DNA of 64,000 nucleotides from an uncultured Microthrixaceae bacterium. GTDB taxonomy: Bacteria > Actinomycetota > Acidimicrobiia > Acidimicrobiales > DATDAH01. The notes under the pieces were generated by a model that was not told the DNA's origin, made no database searches, and saw nothing but the letters and a program-made list of their open reading frames with translations. A program made the translations under genes and the position numbers. Below are positions 55,810 to 64,000 of the stretch, one piece after another; position 1 is the first letter of the stretch; the number at the start of each line of letters is the position of its first letter. The stretch is taken from contig CAZYPY010000007.1 of the NCBI GenBank assembly GCA_964649545.1, forward strand, positions 4,698 to 68,697, given 5' to 3'.

Positions 55810-56468
55810 GACGACGGCTCCTCCCAGGGGTCGACGCCGCGATCGGCGAGGTGCTCGAGGAGCGTGCGCATGGCCCAGGCGTGGGCGCGGCCCGCCTCCG
55901 CGAGCGTCAGGTTCCAGCGCTGTGCGCTGATCGCGAGGATCCGGACGCTCACCGTCGAGTTGACGGCGGCGGCGAGGGCCAGCAGCTGGCGCTCGGGGAG
56001 GTCGTCGGCGTTGGCGACCAGGTCGGCCAGGCGCTCGACCAGCTCGCGGTCGCGCCGGCGTCGATCCTCGATGCCGAGGGGGTAGTCGTCGGTGCCGACC
56101 TCGTGCTCGGCGATGCGCACGTGGCCCATGCGCTCCGACCAGCGGGCGGTGACCTGCTCGATCACGTCCGCGTACCCCTCGAGCGACGTGGGAGAAGGAA
56201 GGCCGAGGCCGATCGGCTGGTCGGCGAGGTAGGCGGCATCGAGATCCTGCTTGGTGGGGAAGAAGCGGTACACCGTGCGCTCCGAGACGCCGGCCACCTC
56301 CGCGATCCGGGCGTAGGTGAGGCGCTCCGGGTCGATGACGCCGCCGTGGAAGAGCTCGATCTCGGCGCACGCCTCGAGGATGGCCCGGCGGGTCTGCGCT
56401 CGTTTGCGCTCGCGGAGCGAGGGGGGAGCGGGCTCCCCCCTCGGGTCCGGACGGTCATCGTCGATCAC
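55806..56468 (-). CDS. TetR-family regulator
   Basis: LRERKRAQTRRAILEAC and IAEVAGVSERTVYRFF; overlaps both neighbours. Confidence 0.88.
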   Translation of the reverse strand: MIDDDRPDPRGEPAPPSLRERKRAQTRRAILEACAEIELFHGGVIDPERLTYARIAEVAGVSERTVYRFFPTKQDLDAAYLADQPIGLGLPSPTSLEGYADVIEQVTARWSERMGHVRIAEHEVGTDDYPLGIEDRRRRDRELVERLADLVANADDLPERQLLALAAAVNSTVSVRILAISAQRWNLTLAEAGRAHAWAMRTLLEHLADRGVDPWEEPSS

Positions 56469-57145
56469 ACGCCGACCGTAGCGACACCGGCCGTCCGGGC
56501 CAGGCCGGCGTGGCGGATCATCGAGATCGACACCGCCACGATCCACACGATGAACGGCAGGAGGCCCACCGGCGCGAGGGCCGCCAGGGACTCGTCCGCG
56601 AGCCCGGCGGCGGACAGCACGAGGACGACGGCGCCGATCGCCGCGGCGGAGCGCGTCGCGATCGGACCGAGGCCGGCGTTGGCCCCCGCCGCGGCGATCC
56701 CGAACAGCATCGTCGCCGCAGCGGCGTTGCCGGCGATGATCACCGCGAACGAGCCGGCGTAGAGGAACTTGACGGTCTCGGGGTCGACGCCGAGGTCCTG
56801 CTGCAGCACCGGCACCAGCAAGGTGTTGGAGACGGCGCTGCAGGCCAGCGAGATGGCGAGGCCCGCACCGGCCACCACCGCGGCGGTCGTCGCCCGGTCG
56901 GAGCCGTCCCGCAGGCGCCCGATGATGCTGCCCGCGAAGGTCAGGAGCAGGGGGAGCGTGACGGCGAACACGACCGCGGCGGCGAGGAACGCGCCCCGGT
57001 GGTCGTGGAGGTAGTCGGTGATCTCGGTCGCGGGCGCGTCGAGCGCCGGGGCCGAGCCGCCGGTGAGGGCGGCGGCGGTGGTGAGCGCCGCCCAGGCGAG
57101 GCCGCACCATCCGGCGAGGGATCGGGTCGTGTCGTCCATGTCCAT
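56465..57145 (-). CDS. Multi-pass membrane protein (DUF4386-like)
   Basis: About 6 hydrophobic segments; PALDAPATEITDYL; GGAG RBS. Confidence 0.7.
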   Translation of the reverse strand: MDMDDTTRSLAGWCGLAWAALTTAAALTGGSAPALDAPATEITDYLHDHRGAFLAAAVVFAVTLPLLLTFAGSIIGRLRDGSDRATTAAVVAGAGLAISLACSAVSNTLLVPVLQQDLGVDPETVKFLYAGSFAVIIAGNAAAATMLFGIAAAGANAGLGPIATRSAAAIGAVVLVLSAAGLADESLAALAPVGLLPFIVWIVAVSISMIRHAGLARTAGVATVGV

Positions 57146-57185
57146 GCTCCTGGTTCCGGGGCGTCGCCGCCTTTGTGTCAGGTCA

Positions 57186-57203
57186 GACTGCCAGATGGCA
57201 GTC
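57186..57203. promoter_or_regulatory. Palindrome, candidate TetR operator
   Basis: GACTGCCA-GA-TGGCAGTC between the divergent membrane-protein and SDR genes. Confidence 0.6.
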
Positions 57204-57291
57204 AGAGCTGTCAAGTTTTGTGGTCGCCGTTCGGAGGGGGCGCGACCCGGTGCCAGACTCGGTCGACGCCGACGGGACGGAGGAGGGCCGG

Positions 57292-58053
57292 ATGGGGGAT
57301 CGCTTCGAGGGCAAGGTGGCGCTGATCACGGGCGCGGGGTCGGGCATCGGTCGGGCCGTCGTGCTGCGCCTCATGGACGAGGGCGCCTCGGTGCTCGCGG
57401 TCGACGTCGACGCGGGCGGTCTCGAGGACACCGCCGGGTTCGGCGCCCTCGCCGAGGGTGACGGCGAGCTCGCCACCCTGGTCGCCGACCTGAGCGACCC
57501 CGACGCGTGCGTCACCGCCGTCCACACCGCGCTCGGCCGCTTCGAGCGCCTCGACGTGCTCGGGAACGTCGCCGGCATCCTCGTGGCGTCGCACGCCACC
57601 GACCTCACCCGCGAGCAGTACCGCAAGGTCATGGCCGTCAACCTCGACGCCCCCTTCTTCCTGTCGCAGGCCGCCATCCCTCACCTGCTCCAGACCGAGG
57701 GCAACATCGTCAACATCGCCTCGAACGCCGGACTCCAGGGCGTGCCCTACGTGGTGGCGTACTGCATGAGCAAAGGCGGCGTGGTCCAGCTCACCCGCGC
57801 CCTCGCGACCGAGTACCTCAAGACGCCGCTGCGGGTGAACGCCATCGCCCCCGCCGGGACCCGCACCAACATCGCCGCCACCGCCGCGTTCCCGCCCGAC
57901 CTCGACGCCGAGCTCGCGGGGCGGATGCTGGGCCACCGCGGCATGACCGAGCCCGACGAGGTCGCCGCGCTCTTCGCCTACCTGGCGTCGGACGAGGCCC
58001 GCTCGGTGACGGGCGCGGTCTACGCCATCGACAACGGCCTCACGGCGAGCTGA
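57292..58053 (+). CDS. Classical SDR oxidoreductase
   Basis: TGAGSGIG, GNVAG, NIAS and YCMSK. Confidence 0.93.
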   Translation: MGDRFEGKVALITGAGSGIGRAVVLRLMDEGASVLAVDVDAGGLEDTAGFGALAEGDGELATLVADLSDPDACVTAVHTALGRFERLDVLGNVAGILVASHATDLTREQYRKVMAVNLDAPFFLSQAAIPHLLQTEGNIVNIASNAGLQGVPYVVAYCMSKGGVVQLTRALATEYLKTPLRVNAIAPAGTRTNIAATAAFPPDLDAELAGRMLGHRGMTEPDEVAALFAYLASDEARSVTGAVYAIDNGLTAS

Positions 58054-58078
58054 GCGGCGCCCGGCGAGGGGAGCACGC

Positions 58079-59002
58079 GTGAAGGTCGTCGTCGTCGGGA
58101 CCGGGGCCATGGGGTCGGTGTACGCCGGGTTGCTCGGCCGGGCCGGCCACGAGGTGTGGGCCGTCGACCGCTGGACCGAGCACGTCGACGCCATCGCCGG
58201 CGCGGGCCTGCGGGTGTCGGGGGCGAGCGGCGAGTACGTGGTCACGGGGATCCGTGCCGGCCGCACGCCCGCCGACGCCGGCCCCGCCGACCTGTGGGTG
58301 ATCGCGACCAAGGCCCCCGACGTGGCGTCGGCGGCCTCGGCCATCGCGCCGCTCTTGCGCCCCGACGACCTGGTGATGGCCTTCCAGAACGGGCTCGGCG
58401 CCGGCGAGCGCGTCGCCCGCCACCTGCCCGAGGAGCACGTCCTCGTCGGCATCGCCGAGGGCTTCGGGGCATCGGTCCCCGAGCCCGGGCACGTCCACCA
58501 CGAGGGCATGCGCCTCATCCGCCTCGGCGAACTGCGGGGCGGTGTGACCGAGCGGCTGGTCGCGCTGGAGGTGGCGTGGCGTGACGCCGGCGTCGACGCG
58601 AAGGCCTTCGCCGACCTCACGCTGATGATCTGGGAGAAGTTCCTCTGCAACGTGACGCTGAGCGCCCCCACCGCCGTGTTCGACGCGACCGTCGGTGAGC
58701 TCATGGCCGACGAGGAGGCGTGGGCGGTCGCCCTCGGCTGCACCACGGAGGCCTACCGGGCCGGCGTCGCCGTCGGCGTGGCCTTCCCCTTCGACGACCC
58801 GATCAGGTACGTCACCGAGTTCGCCGCCACCATCCCCGACGCGAGCCCGTCGATGCGCCTCGACCACCTGGCGGGACGGCGCTCGGAGGTCGACGTCATC
58901 AACGGCGCGGTGGTCGAGCTGTGCCGTGAGCTCGGGCTCGACGCGCCGTACAACGAGACCCTCTGCGCCATCCTGCGCCGCCGCGAGGCCGCCTTCGTCT
59001 GA
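58079..59002 (+). CDS. Ketopantoate reductase family protein
   Basis: VVGTGAMGS, FQNGLG, WEKFLCN, SMRLD and SEVDVING. Confidence 0.88.
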   Translation: MKVVVVGTGAMGSVYAGLLGRAGHEVWAVDRWTEHVDAIAGAGLRVSGASGEYVVTGIRAGRTPADAGPADLWVIATKAPDVASAASAIAPLLRPDDLVMAFQNGLGAGERVARHLPEEHVLVGIAEGFGASVPEPGHVHHEGMRLIRLGELRGGVTERLVALEVAWRDAGVDAKAFADLTLMIWEKFLCNVTLSAPTAVFDATVGELMADEEAWAVALGCTTEAYRAGVAVGVAFPFDDPIRYVTEFAATIPDASPSMRLDHLAGRRSEVDVINGAVVELCRELGLDAPYNETLCAILRRREAAFV

Positions 59003-59101
59003 CGCGTCCGGGCGGCCGCGATGAGGGTCGTCGTCGGGATCCGTCGGACCGTCGTGAGCACCCGAGCGCCCGACCGCCCGCGCTCCCTACCCTGGGACGC
59101 C

Positions 59102-60085
59102 ATGGCCCTCTCCGACGCCGAGACCGTCCTGGACCTCGAACCGTTCCGACGGGAGCTGACCGGCTACTGCTACCGGATGCTCGGCGCCGGGTCGGAGGCC
59201 GAGGACGCGGTCCAGGAGACCATGGTGCGGGCGTGGCGCAACGCCGACCGCTTCGAGGGCCGGTCGAGCCTGCGCACCTGGGTGTACCGCATCGCCACCA
59301 ACGTGTGCATCGACATGAGCCGCCAGGTGCAGCGGCGGGCCCGGCCCATGGAGCTGGGCCCGTCCTCACCGCCTGACGAGAAGCTGCTCGGCCCACCGAC
59401 GCCCGAGGCGATGTGGGTGACACCGATGGCCGACGATCGCATCGCGCCGGAGACGTCCGACCCGGCGGACGTGGCCCACCACCGCGAGACCATCCGCCTC
59501 GCCTTCGTGACCGCGCTCCAGCACCTCCCGCCGAAGCAGCGAGCGGCGCTGATCCTGTGCGAGGTCCTGCGCTGGCCGGCGGCGGAGGCGGCGGAGTTGC
59601 TCGACACGACGGTCGCCTCGGTCAACAGCGCGCTCCAGCGGGCACGGGCGACCATGGCCTCGTTGCCCGACCCGTCGGCCCACCCGGTCGACCTGGGCGA
59701 CGCCGACTCGGCATTGCTCGAGCGCTACGTCGACGCCTTCGAGCGCTACGACATCGAGGCGTTGGTCGAGCTGCTGCACGAGGACGCCATCCAGTCCATG
59801 CCCCCGTTCGAGCTGTGGCTCCAGGGGGCCCGGGACATCGGCGCCTGGATGGTCGAGCCCGGCCCCAGCGGCTGCCGGGGCTCGAAGCTGCTCCCGACCC
59901 GGGCCAACGGCTGCCCGGCGTTCGGCCAGTACCGCCCCGACCCCGCGGGCGGGTGGGCACCATGGGCGATCCAGGTGCTCCACCTCTCAGGCGGGCGGAT
60001 CGCCGAGATGAGCTTCTTTCTCGATCTGCTCGACCCCGGCCGGGTGTTCCCCGAGTTCGGCCTCCCCGCCCGGCTCGACGGGTAG
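59102..60085 (+). CDS. ECF sigma-70 factor with C-terminal SnoaL-like domain (SigG-like)
   Basis: YCYRMLG, AEDAVQET, WVYRIATN, VNSALQRAR and C-terminal YVDAFERYDI...MPPFELW. Confidence 0.92.
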   Translation: MALSDAETVLDLEPFRRELTGYCYRMLGAGSEAEDAVQETMVRAWRNADRFEGRSSLRTWVYRIATNVCIDMSRQVQRRARPMELGPSSPPDEKLLGPPTPEAMWVTPMADDRIAPETSDPADVAHHRETIRLAFVTALQHLPPKQRAALILCEVLRWPAAEAAELLDTTVASVNSALQRARATMASLPDPSAHPVDLGDADSALLERYVDAFERYDIEALVELLHEDAIQSMPPFELWLQGARDIGAWMVEPGPSGCRGSKLLPTRANGCPAFGQYRPDPAGGWAPWAIQVLHLSGGRIAEMSFFLDLLDPGRVFPEFGLPARLDG

Positions 60086-60334
60086 CACCAAGCCGGCCAG
60101 GTCGATCAGCTCGCGCAGCTCGGGGACGGCGTCCTCGACCACGAGCCGCGTGCCGCCGCGCCGGGTGAGCAGCAGGAGGCGGGCGACGGCGTCCAGGGTG
60201 TCGAGATCGGGCGCGCCGACGCCGTGCAGCGTGTGGCGGGCGACGACGTGACCGTCCGGCCGCTCCACGCGCAGGCGGCACCAGGGCTCGGCGACGGGCA
60301 CGTGGGAGGGACGGCTCCGGGCCGTGTAGCTCAT
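59987..60334 (-). CDS. Small STAS-like protein, 3' end overlapping the sigma gene antisense
   Basis: PDLDTLDAVARLLL...RLVVEDAVPELRELIDLAGL resembles a STAS core; GC3-rich codons in the non-overlapping part. Confidence 0.6.
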   Translation of the reverse strand: MSYTARSRPSHVPVAEPWCRLRVERPDGHVVARHTLHGVGAPDLDTLDAVARLLLLTRRGGTRLVVEDAVPELRELIDLAGLVLPVEPGGEAELGEHPAGVEQIEKEAHLGDPPA

Positions 60335-60404
60335 CGGTGTCAGCGATCGGGCTCGCGGGCGGACGAGCAGGTCGGACGACCGTCGCGCGAGTACGTTGCG
60401 GCAG

Positions 60405-62294
60405 ATGCCCGGGGCGGTCGAGGCGGTGCACGGCGACACGCGTCGCTCGGCGGGGCAGGGAGCGGTCGCGCTCGCCGCCCTCGGGGTGGTGTTCGGCGAC
60501 ATCGGCACCAGTCCCCTCTACGCCTTCCGCGAGGCGTTCGAGCACCAGGACCTCGCGGTCACCGAGACCAACGCGCTCGGCGTCGCCTCCATCGCCTTCT
60601 GGGCGCTCGTCGTCATCATCTCGATCAAGTACCTGGCGCTCGTCATGCGCGCCGACAACCACGGCGAAGGCGGGATCCTGGCGCTCACCGCGCTGGTCAT
60701 CCCCAAGACGACGCCGGGCCGCCGGGTGGCGGGCCTGGTGCTGCTCGGTGTGTTCGGCACGGCGCTGCTCTACGGCGACGGCCTGATCACCCCCGCCATC
60801 TCCGTCCTCAGCGCGGTCGAGGGCTTCGAGGTCGCGTCCTCGGCGTTCGAGTCCTGGGTGATCCCGCTCGCCTGCCTGATCCTGCTCGGCCTGTTCCTCG
60901 TGCAGCGCCACGGCACCGAAGCCGTCGGCCGTGTCTTCGGCCCGGTGATGGTCGTCTGGTTCGTCACCCTCGGCGTGCTCGGTCTGAACCAGATCGTGCA
61001 GCACCCGGGCGTCCTCGAGGCCGTCAACCCGGTGCACATCGTCGACTTCTTCCGCGCCGAGCCGGGAAAGGCCTTCCTCGCCCTGGGCAGCATCTTCCTG
61101 GTGGTGACCGGCGGCGAGGCGCTGTACGCCGACATGGGCCACTTCGGCCGGCGTCCGATCACGCGGGTCTGGTACGGCGTCGTGCTGCCCGGCCTGGTCC
61201 TGAACTACTTCGGGCAGGCCGCGCTGTTGACCCACGACCCCGAGGCCATCGAGAGCCCCTTCTACCGCCTGGCGCCGGAGTGGGGCGTCACCCCCCTCGC
61301 CGTGCTGGCCACCATGGCGACCATCATCGCCTCGCAGGCGCTGATCTCCGGCGCCTTCTCCCTCACGGTGCAGGCGATCCAGCTCGACTACCTGCCCCGG
61401 CTCAAGGTGCTGCACACCTCGGCCCACCACCGCGGCCAGGTCTACGTGCCCCTCGTCAACTGGGCGCTGATGATCGGCTCGATCGGCCTCGTGCTCGGCT
61501 TCCGCACGTCCAGCAACCTGGCCGCGGCCTACGGCATCGCCGTCACCGCGACCATGGCGGTCACGAGCGTGCTGTTCTACGTGGTCGTCCGGACCCGGTG
61601 GCACTGGAGCACCGCCAGGGCGGTGGCGGTGATCGCCCCGCTGCTCGCCGTCGACCTGGCCTTCCTGTCCGCCAACATCCCGAAGATCCCCGACGGCGGC
61701 TGGTTCCCGCTGCTGGTGGGCGTCCTGTTGCTGGCCCAGATGGCGACGTGGCGCCGAGGGCGCCAGATCATCGCCGCCCGCATGCGACGGGCCGAGCGCG
61801 ACATCGTCGACGTGCTCGACGAGCACGCCGACGTGGCCACGGTGCCGGGCACGGCGGTGTTCCTGTTCCGCGACGAGGGCAAGGCCCCGCCGGCCTTGAT
61901 CAACAACCTCGAGCACAACCACGTGCGTCACGAGGCGACCGTGCTGCTGGCCATCGACATCACCGACGCACCGTTCGTGGAGGGCGACGAGCGGCTGTCG
62001 GTCGACGTGGTCCGGCCGGGGCTCGTCCAGGTGGTCCTGCACTTCGGGTACCTCGACGAGCTCGACGTCCCCGCGCGGCTCGCCGAGGTCGAGGTCGACG
62101 GCGTGCCGCTGGACCTCACCGACGTCACCTACTTCGTCGGGCGGGAGTCCGTCGTGCAGACCGACCTCGAGGGCATGCACCCCGCCCTCGAGCACCTGTA
62201 CGCCTTCCTGCACCGCAACGCGGACAGCGCCATCCGGTTCTTCAACCTGCCCAGCGACCGCGTGTTCGAGGTCGGCGCCCGCATCGAGCTCTGA
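60405..62294 (+). CDS. kup: KUP/HAK/KT potassium transporter
   Basis: LGVVFGDIGTSPLYA, DNHGEGG, GDGLITPAISVLSAVEG and GEALYADMGHFG. Confidence 0.96.
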   Translation: MPGAVEAVHGDTRRSAGQGAVALAALGVVFGDIGTSPLYAFREAFEHQDLAVTETNALGVASIAFWALVVIISIKYLALVMRADNHGEGGILALTALVIPKTTPGRRVAGLVLLGVFGTALLYGDGLITPAISVLSAVEGFEVASSAFESWVIPLACLILLGLFLVQRHGTEAVGRVFGPVMVVWFVTLGVLGLNQIVQHPGVLEAVNPVHIVDFFRAEPGKAFLALGSIFLVVTGGEALYADMGHFGRRPITRVWYGVVLPGLVLNYFGQAALLTHDPEAIESPFYRLAPEWGVTPLAVLATMATIIASQALISGAFSLTVQAIQLDYLPRLKVLHTSAHHRGQVYVPLVNWALMIGSIGLVLGFRTSSNLAAAYGIAVTATMAVTSVLFYVVVRTRWHWSTARAVAVIAPLLAVDLAFLSANIPKIPDGGWFPLLVGVLLLAQMATWRRGRQIIAARMRRAERDIVDVLDEHADVATVPGTAVFLFRDEGKAPPALINNLEHNHVRHEATVLLAIDITDAPFVEGDERLSVDVVRPGLVQVVLHFGYLDELDVPARLAEVEVDGVPLDLTDVTYFVGRESVVQTDLEGMHPALEHLYAFLHRNADSAIRFFNLPSDRVFEVGARIEL

Positions 62295-62343
62295 CCCCGT
62301 CCGGGCGACCCCGGGTCGGGTGGCGTCGTTCTACGGTGGCCCG

Positions 62344-63108
62344 GTGGCCGAGCGCGACCTCTACCTGCACGAGGTGATCGACATCGTCGGGCAGGGCCAG
62401 TACGACTACATGGCCCACGCCGCCCGCGAGCCGACCAACGCCATGCCCGGCATGCTCACCCTGCAGGGCACGTTCTTCGTGTGCGCCGTCGGTGGGGGGC
62501 GCTGGCCGCAGGTCGTCAACCTCTGGGACGTGGGCGAGGCGGGGTGGGACGGCTGGGCCGCCAACGTCGACCGCCTCAACCTGAAGCGCCGTGCCGCGTT
62601 CTACGGCGACTGGTGGGACGAGGCCGCCCAGTGGCGCACCGGGGGGTTCGACCGGCTCTGCGGCGGCGTGCCCGGCAGCCCCTCGACCGCGGAGATCGCG
62701 GCGGCGGGCATCCGGGGCACGCTCTTCGTCCACCAGCTGCTGACGGTGCGTCCCGGCTCGGCCCTCGACTACCTCGACGCCGTCGTGCGCGAGCAGGTGC
62801 CGGTCTGGCGCGAGCACGGCCACGAGCCCACGGGGATCTACGAGGTGCTCTCGAACCAGCACGAGGTCGTGGTCGTGTGGGCGACGTCGGTGGAGGCGCA
62901 GACAGCGCTGCGGCGCTCGCGGGACGCGGCACGAGGGCTGCTGTCGGGGGTCGGTGCTTCGGAGGGGGACGAGCGCCTCGTGGCGTGGGAGCGCACCGCC
63001 GCCGAGTACGTCACCGGCGGCGACACCCACCTGATGACGCCGATGCCCGGGACGGTGTACGGCCCCGACGACTGGGAGCAGGCCGACCTCGCCGACTGGC
63101 TCCCCTGA
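62344..63108 (+). CDS. NIPSNAP-like tandem dimeric alpha/beta barrel protein
   Basis: Two similar halves (LYLHEVIDIV...YMA; LFVHQLLTVRPG..DYL); WPQVVNLWD. Confidence 0.6.
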   Translation: MAERDLYLHEVIDIVGQGQYDYMAHAAREPTNAMPGMLTLQGTFFVCAVGGGRWPQVVNLWDVGEAGWDGWAANVDRLNLKRRAAFYGDWWDEAAQWRTGGFDRLCGGVPGSPSTAEIAAAGIRGTLFVHQLLTVRPGSALDYLDAVVREQVPVWREHGHEPTGIYEVLSNQHEVVVVWATSVEAQTALRRSRDAARGLLSGVGASEGDERLVAWERTAAEYVTGGDTHLMTPMPGTVYGPDDWEQADLADWLP

Positions 63109-63132
63109 GCCGCTGGGTGTTGCCCGTACCGG

Positions 63133-63969
63133 TCAGGCCGGCGGGACGGCGGCGCCGGCGGCGACCACGGGGAACTGGCGGGTGGCGTCGTCCTGGGGGA
63201 CCGGGTCGCCCCGACCGCCCTCCCCGTCGCCGAGGTAGCCGACCGCGTCGGTGTGGCAGTACTGGACGATGTAGGCCTTGCGCACGGCGTCGGTGGTGTT
63301 GACCCGGGTGGCGTGGGGGCTGAGTGAGGAGAACACGACGACGTCGCCGGCCCGTGTGGGCACATCGACCGCGGTGTCGTGGTCGCCCCAGCACTCGAAG
63401 CCGATGGGCGTCTCGGCGTGGGCGAGGGTGCCGTCGCGGTGGGCGCCGGCCATCACCGAGACGCAGCCGTTCTCGGGGGTCGCATCGGTGAGTGACACCC
63501 AGAAGGTCAGGTAGGCCTGGGGCTCGATGAACGTGTAGCCGTTGTCCTGGTGCCAGAGCACCGGCTCGGCGCCGTGGGGCACCTTGTAGACCGCCTGCTC
63601 CCAGTAGAGGCGGACGTCGTCGCCCATGAGGTCGCGGCAGACGCCGGCGAAGACCGGGTGGCGGCAGAACCGCCGGGCCGCCTCCGAGCGCACCACCACG
63701 TGCGGCGCCACCACCTGGGTGTCGAGCCCGGCCACCGACAGCCGGCCGCCCTCCACCTGCTCGAGCAGCCCGGTGACGAGCTCGACCGCCTCGTCGCACG
63801 CCGCCTCCACCGTCGCCAGCTCGTCCGGGGTGAACGCGCCCCGCAGCACGAAGAACCCGTCCCGGTCGAACTGCGCCCGCTGCTCGTCGGTGATCGCGGT
63901 CGGCGCCCGGTCGGGGAGCGCCCACTCGAAGCCCGCGTTCCAAGGATGCGGCGTTCGCTCCCGGCTCAC
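63133..63969 (-). CDS. Phytanoyl-CoA dioxygenase (PhyH) family Fe(II)/2OG oxygenase
   Basis: WHQDNGY (HxD), TDATPENGC, SPHAT and RKA. Confidence 0.9.
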   Translation of the reverse strand: MSRERTPHPWNAGFEWALPDRAPTAITDEQRAQFDRDGFFVLRGAFTPDELATVEAACDEAVELVTGLLEQVEGGRLSVAGLDTQVVAPHVVVRSEAARRFCRHPVFAGVCRDLMGDDVRLYWEQAVYKVPHGAEPVLWHQDNGYTFIEPQAYLTFWVSLTDATPENGCVSVMAGAHRDGTLAHAETPIGFECWGDHDTAVDVPTRAGDVVVFSSLSPHATRVNTTDAVRKAYIVQYCHTDAVGYLGDGEGGRGDPVPQDDATRQFPVVAAGAAVPPA

Positions 63970-64000
63970 GGCGCCACCGTAGTGACGAGGCGGCAGCGTG

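Noticed and set aside
59622-62213. 863-aa minus-strand ORF
   Set aside because: Mirror frame of kup; no motifs.

Overview
This is a 64 kb, very GC-rich, gene-dense chromosomal segment of an actinobacterium (Acidimicrobiia-like by gene content; inference). About 65 coding regions can be supported. I found no rRNA, tRNA, CRISPR-cas, transposase or phage genes. Left to right it carries: a zinc-homeostasis island (1-4073); MarR/SRPBCC/hydrolase; homocysteine S-methyltransferase divergent from a STAND ATPase regulator; arsR-acr3; a secreted metzincin; a mazEF pair; an XRE-MalT/LuxR-small protein-DUF4386 unit; a PLP-enzyme/thiolase-like run; GH2 beta-galactosidase and gluQ; a TetR-controlled VOC-SDR-flavin monooxygenase operon; a ChsH2-ChsH1 fusion plus ltp2; a stand-alone LigD-type polymerase; a second arsenic cluster (ArsR-ArsC fusion, aquaporin, arsC, arsR, arsI, TauD); an orphan phospho-His swivel protein; an ECF sigma factor overlapped antisense by a STAS-like gene; and kup. 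The best candidate for an undescribed system is the zinc island. A Zur-like palindrome separates a canonical COG0523 GTPase from a translationally coupled operon of three zinc-free ribosomal paralogues (L28, L33, L31). That operon continues into a second COG0523 protein that keeps CxCC but has lost its P-loop, and a WD40 gene interrupted by an in-frame TGA. Facing it is an SmtB-type zinc-excess sensor coupled to a 96-aa, 27-His, internally duplicated protein. All family assignments come from motif recognition by eye; no database searches were run. Most long ORFs in the supplied track are antisense shadows.
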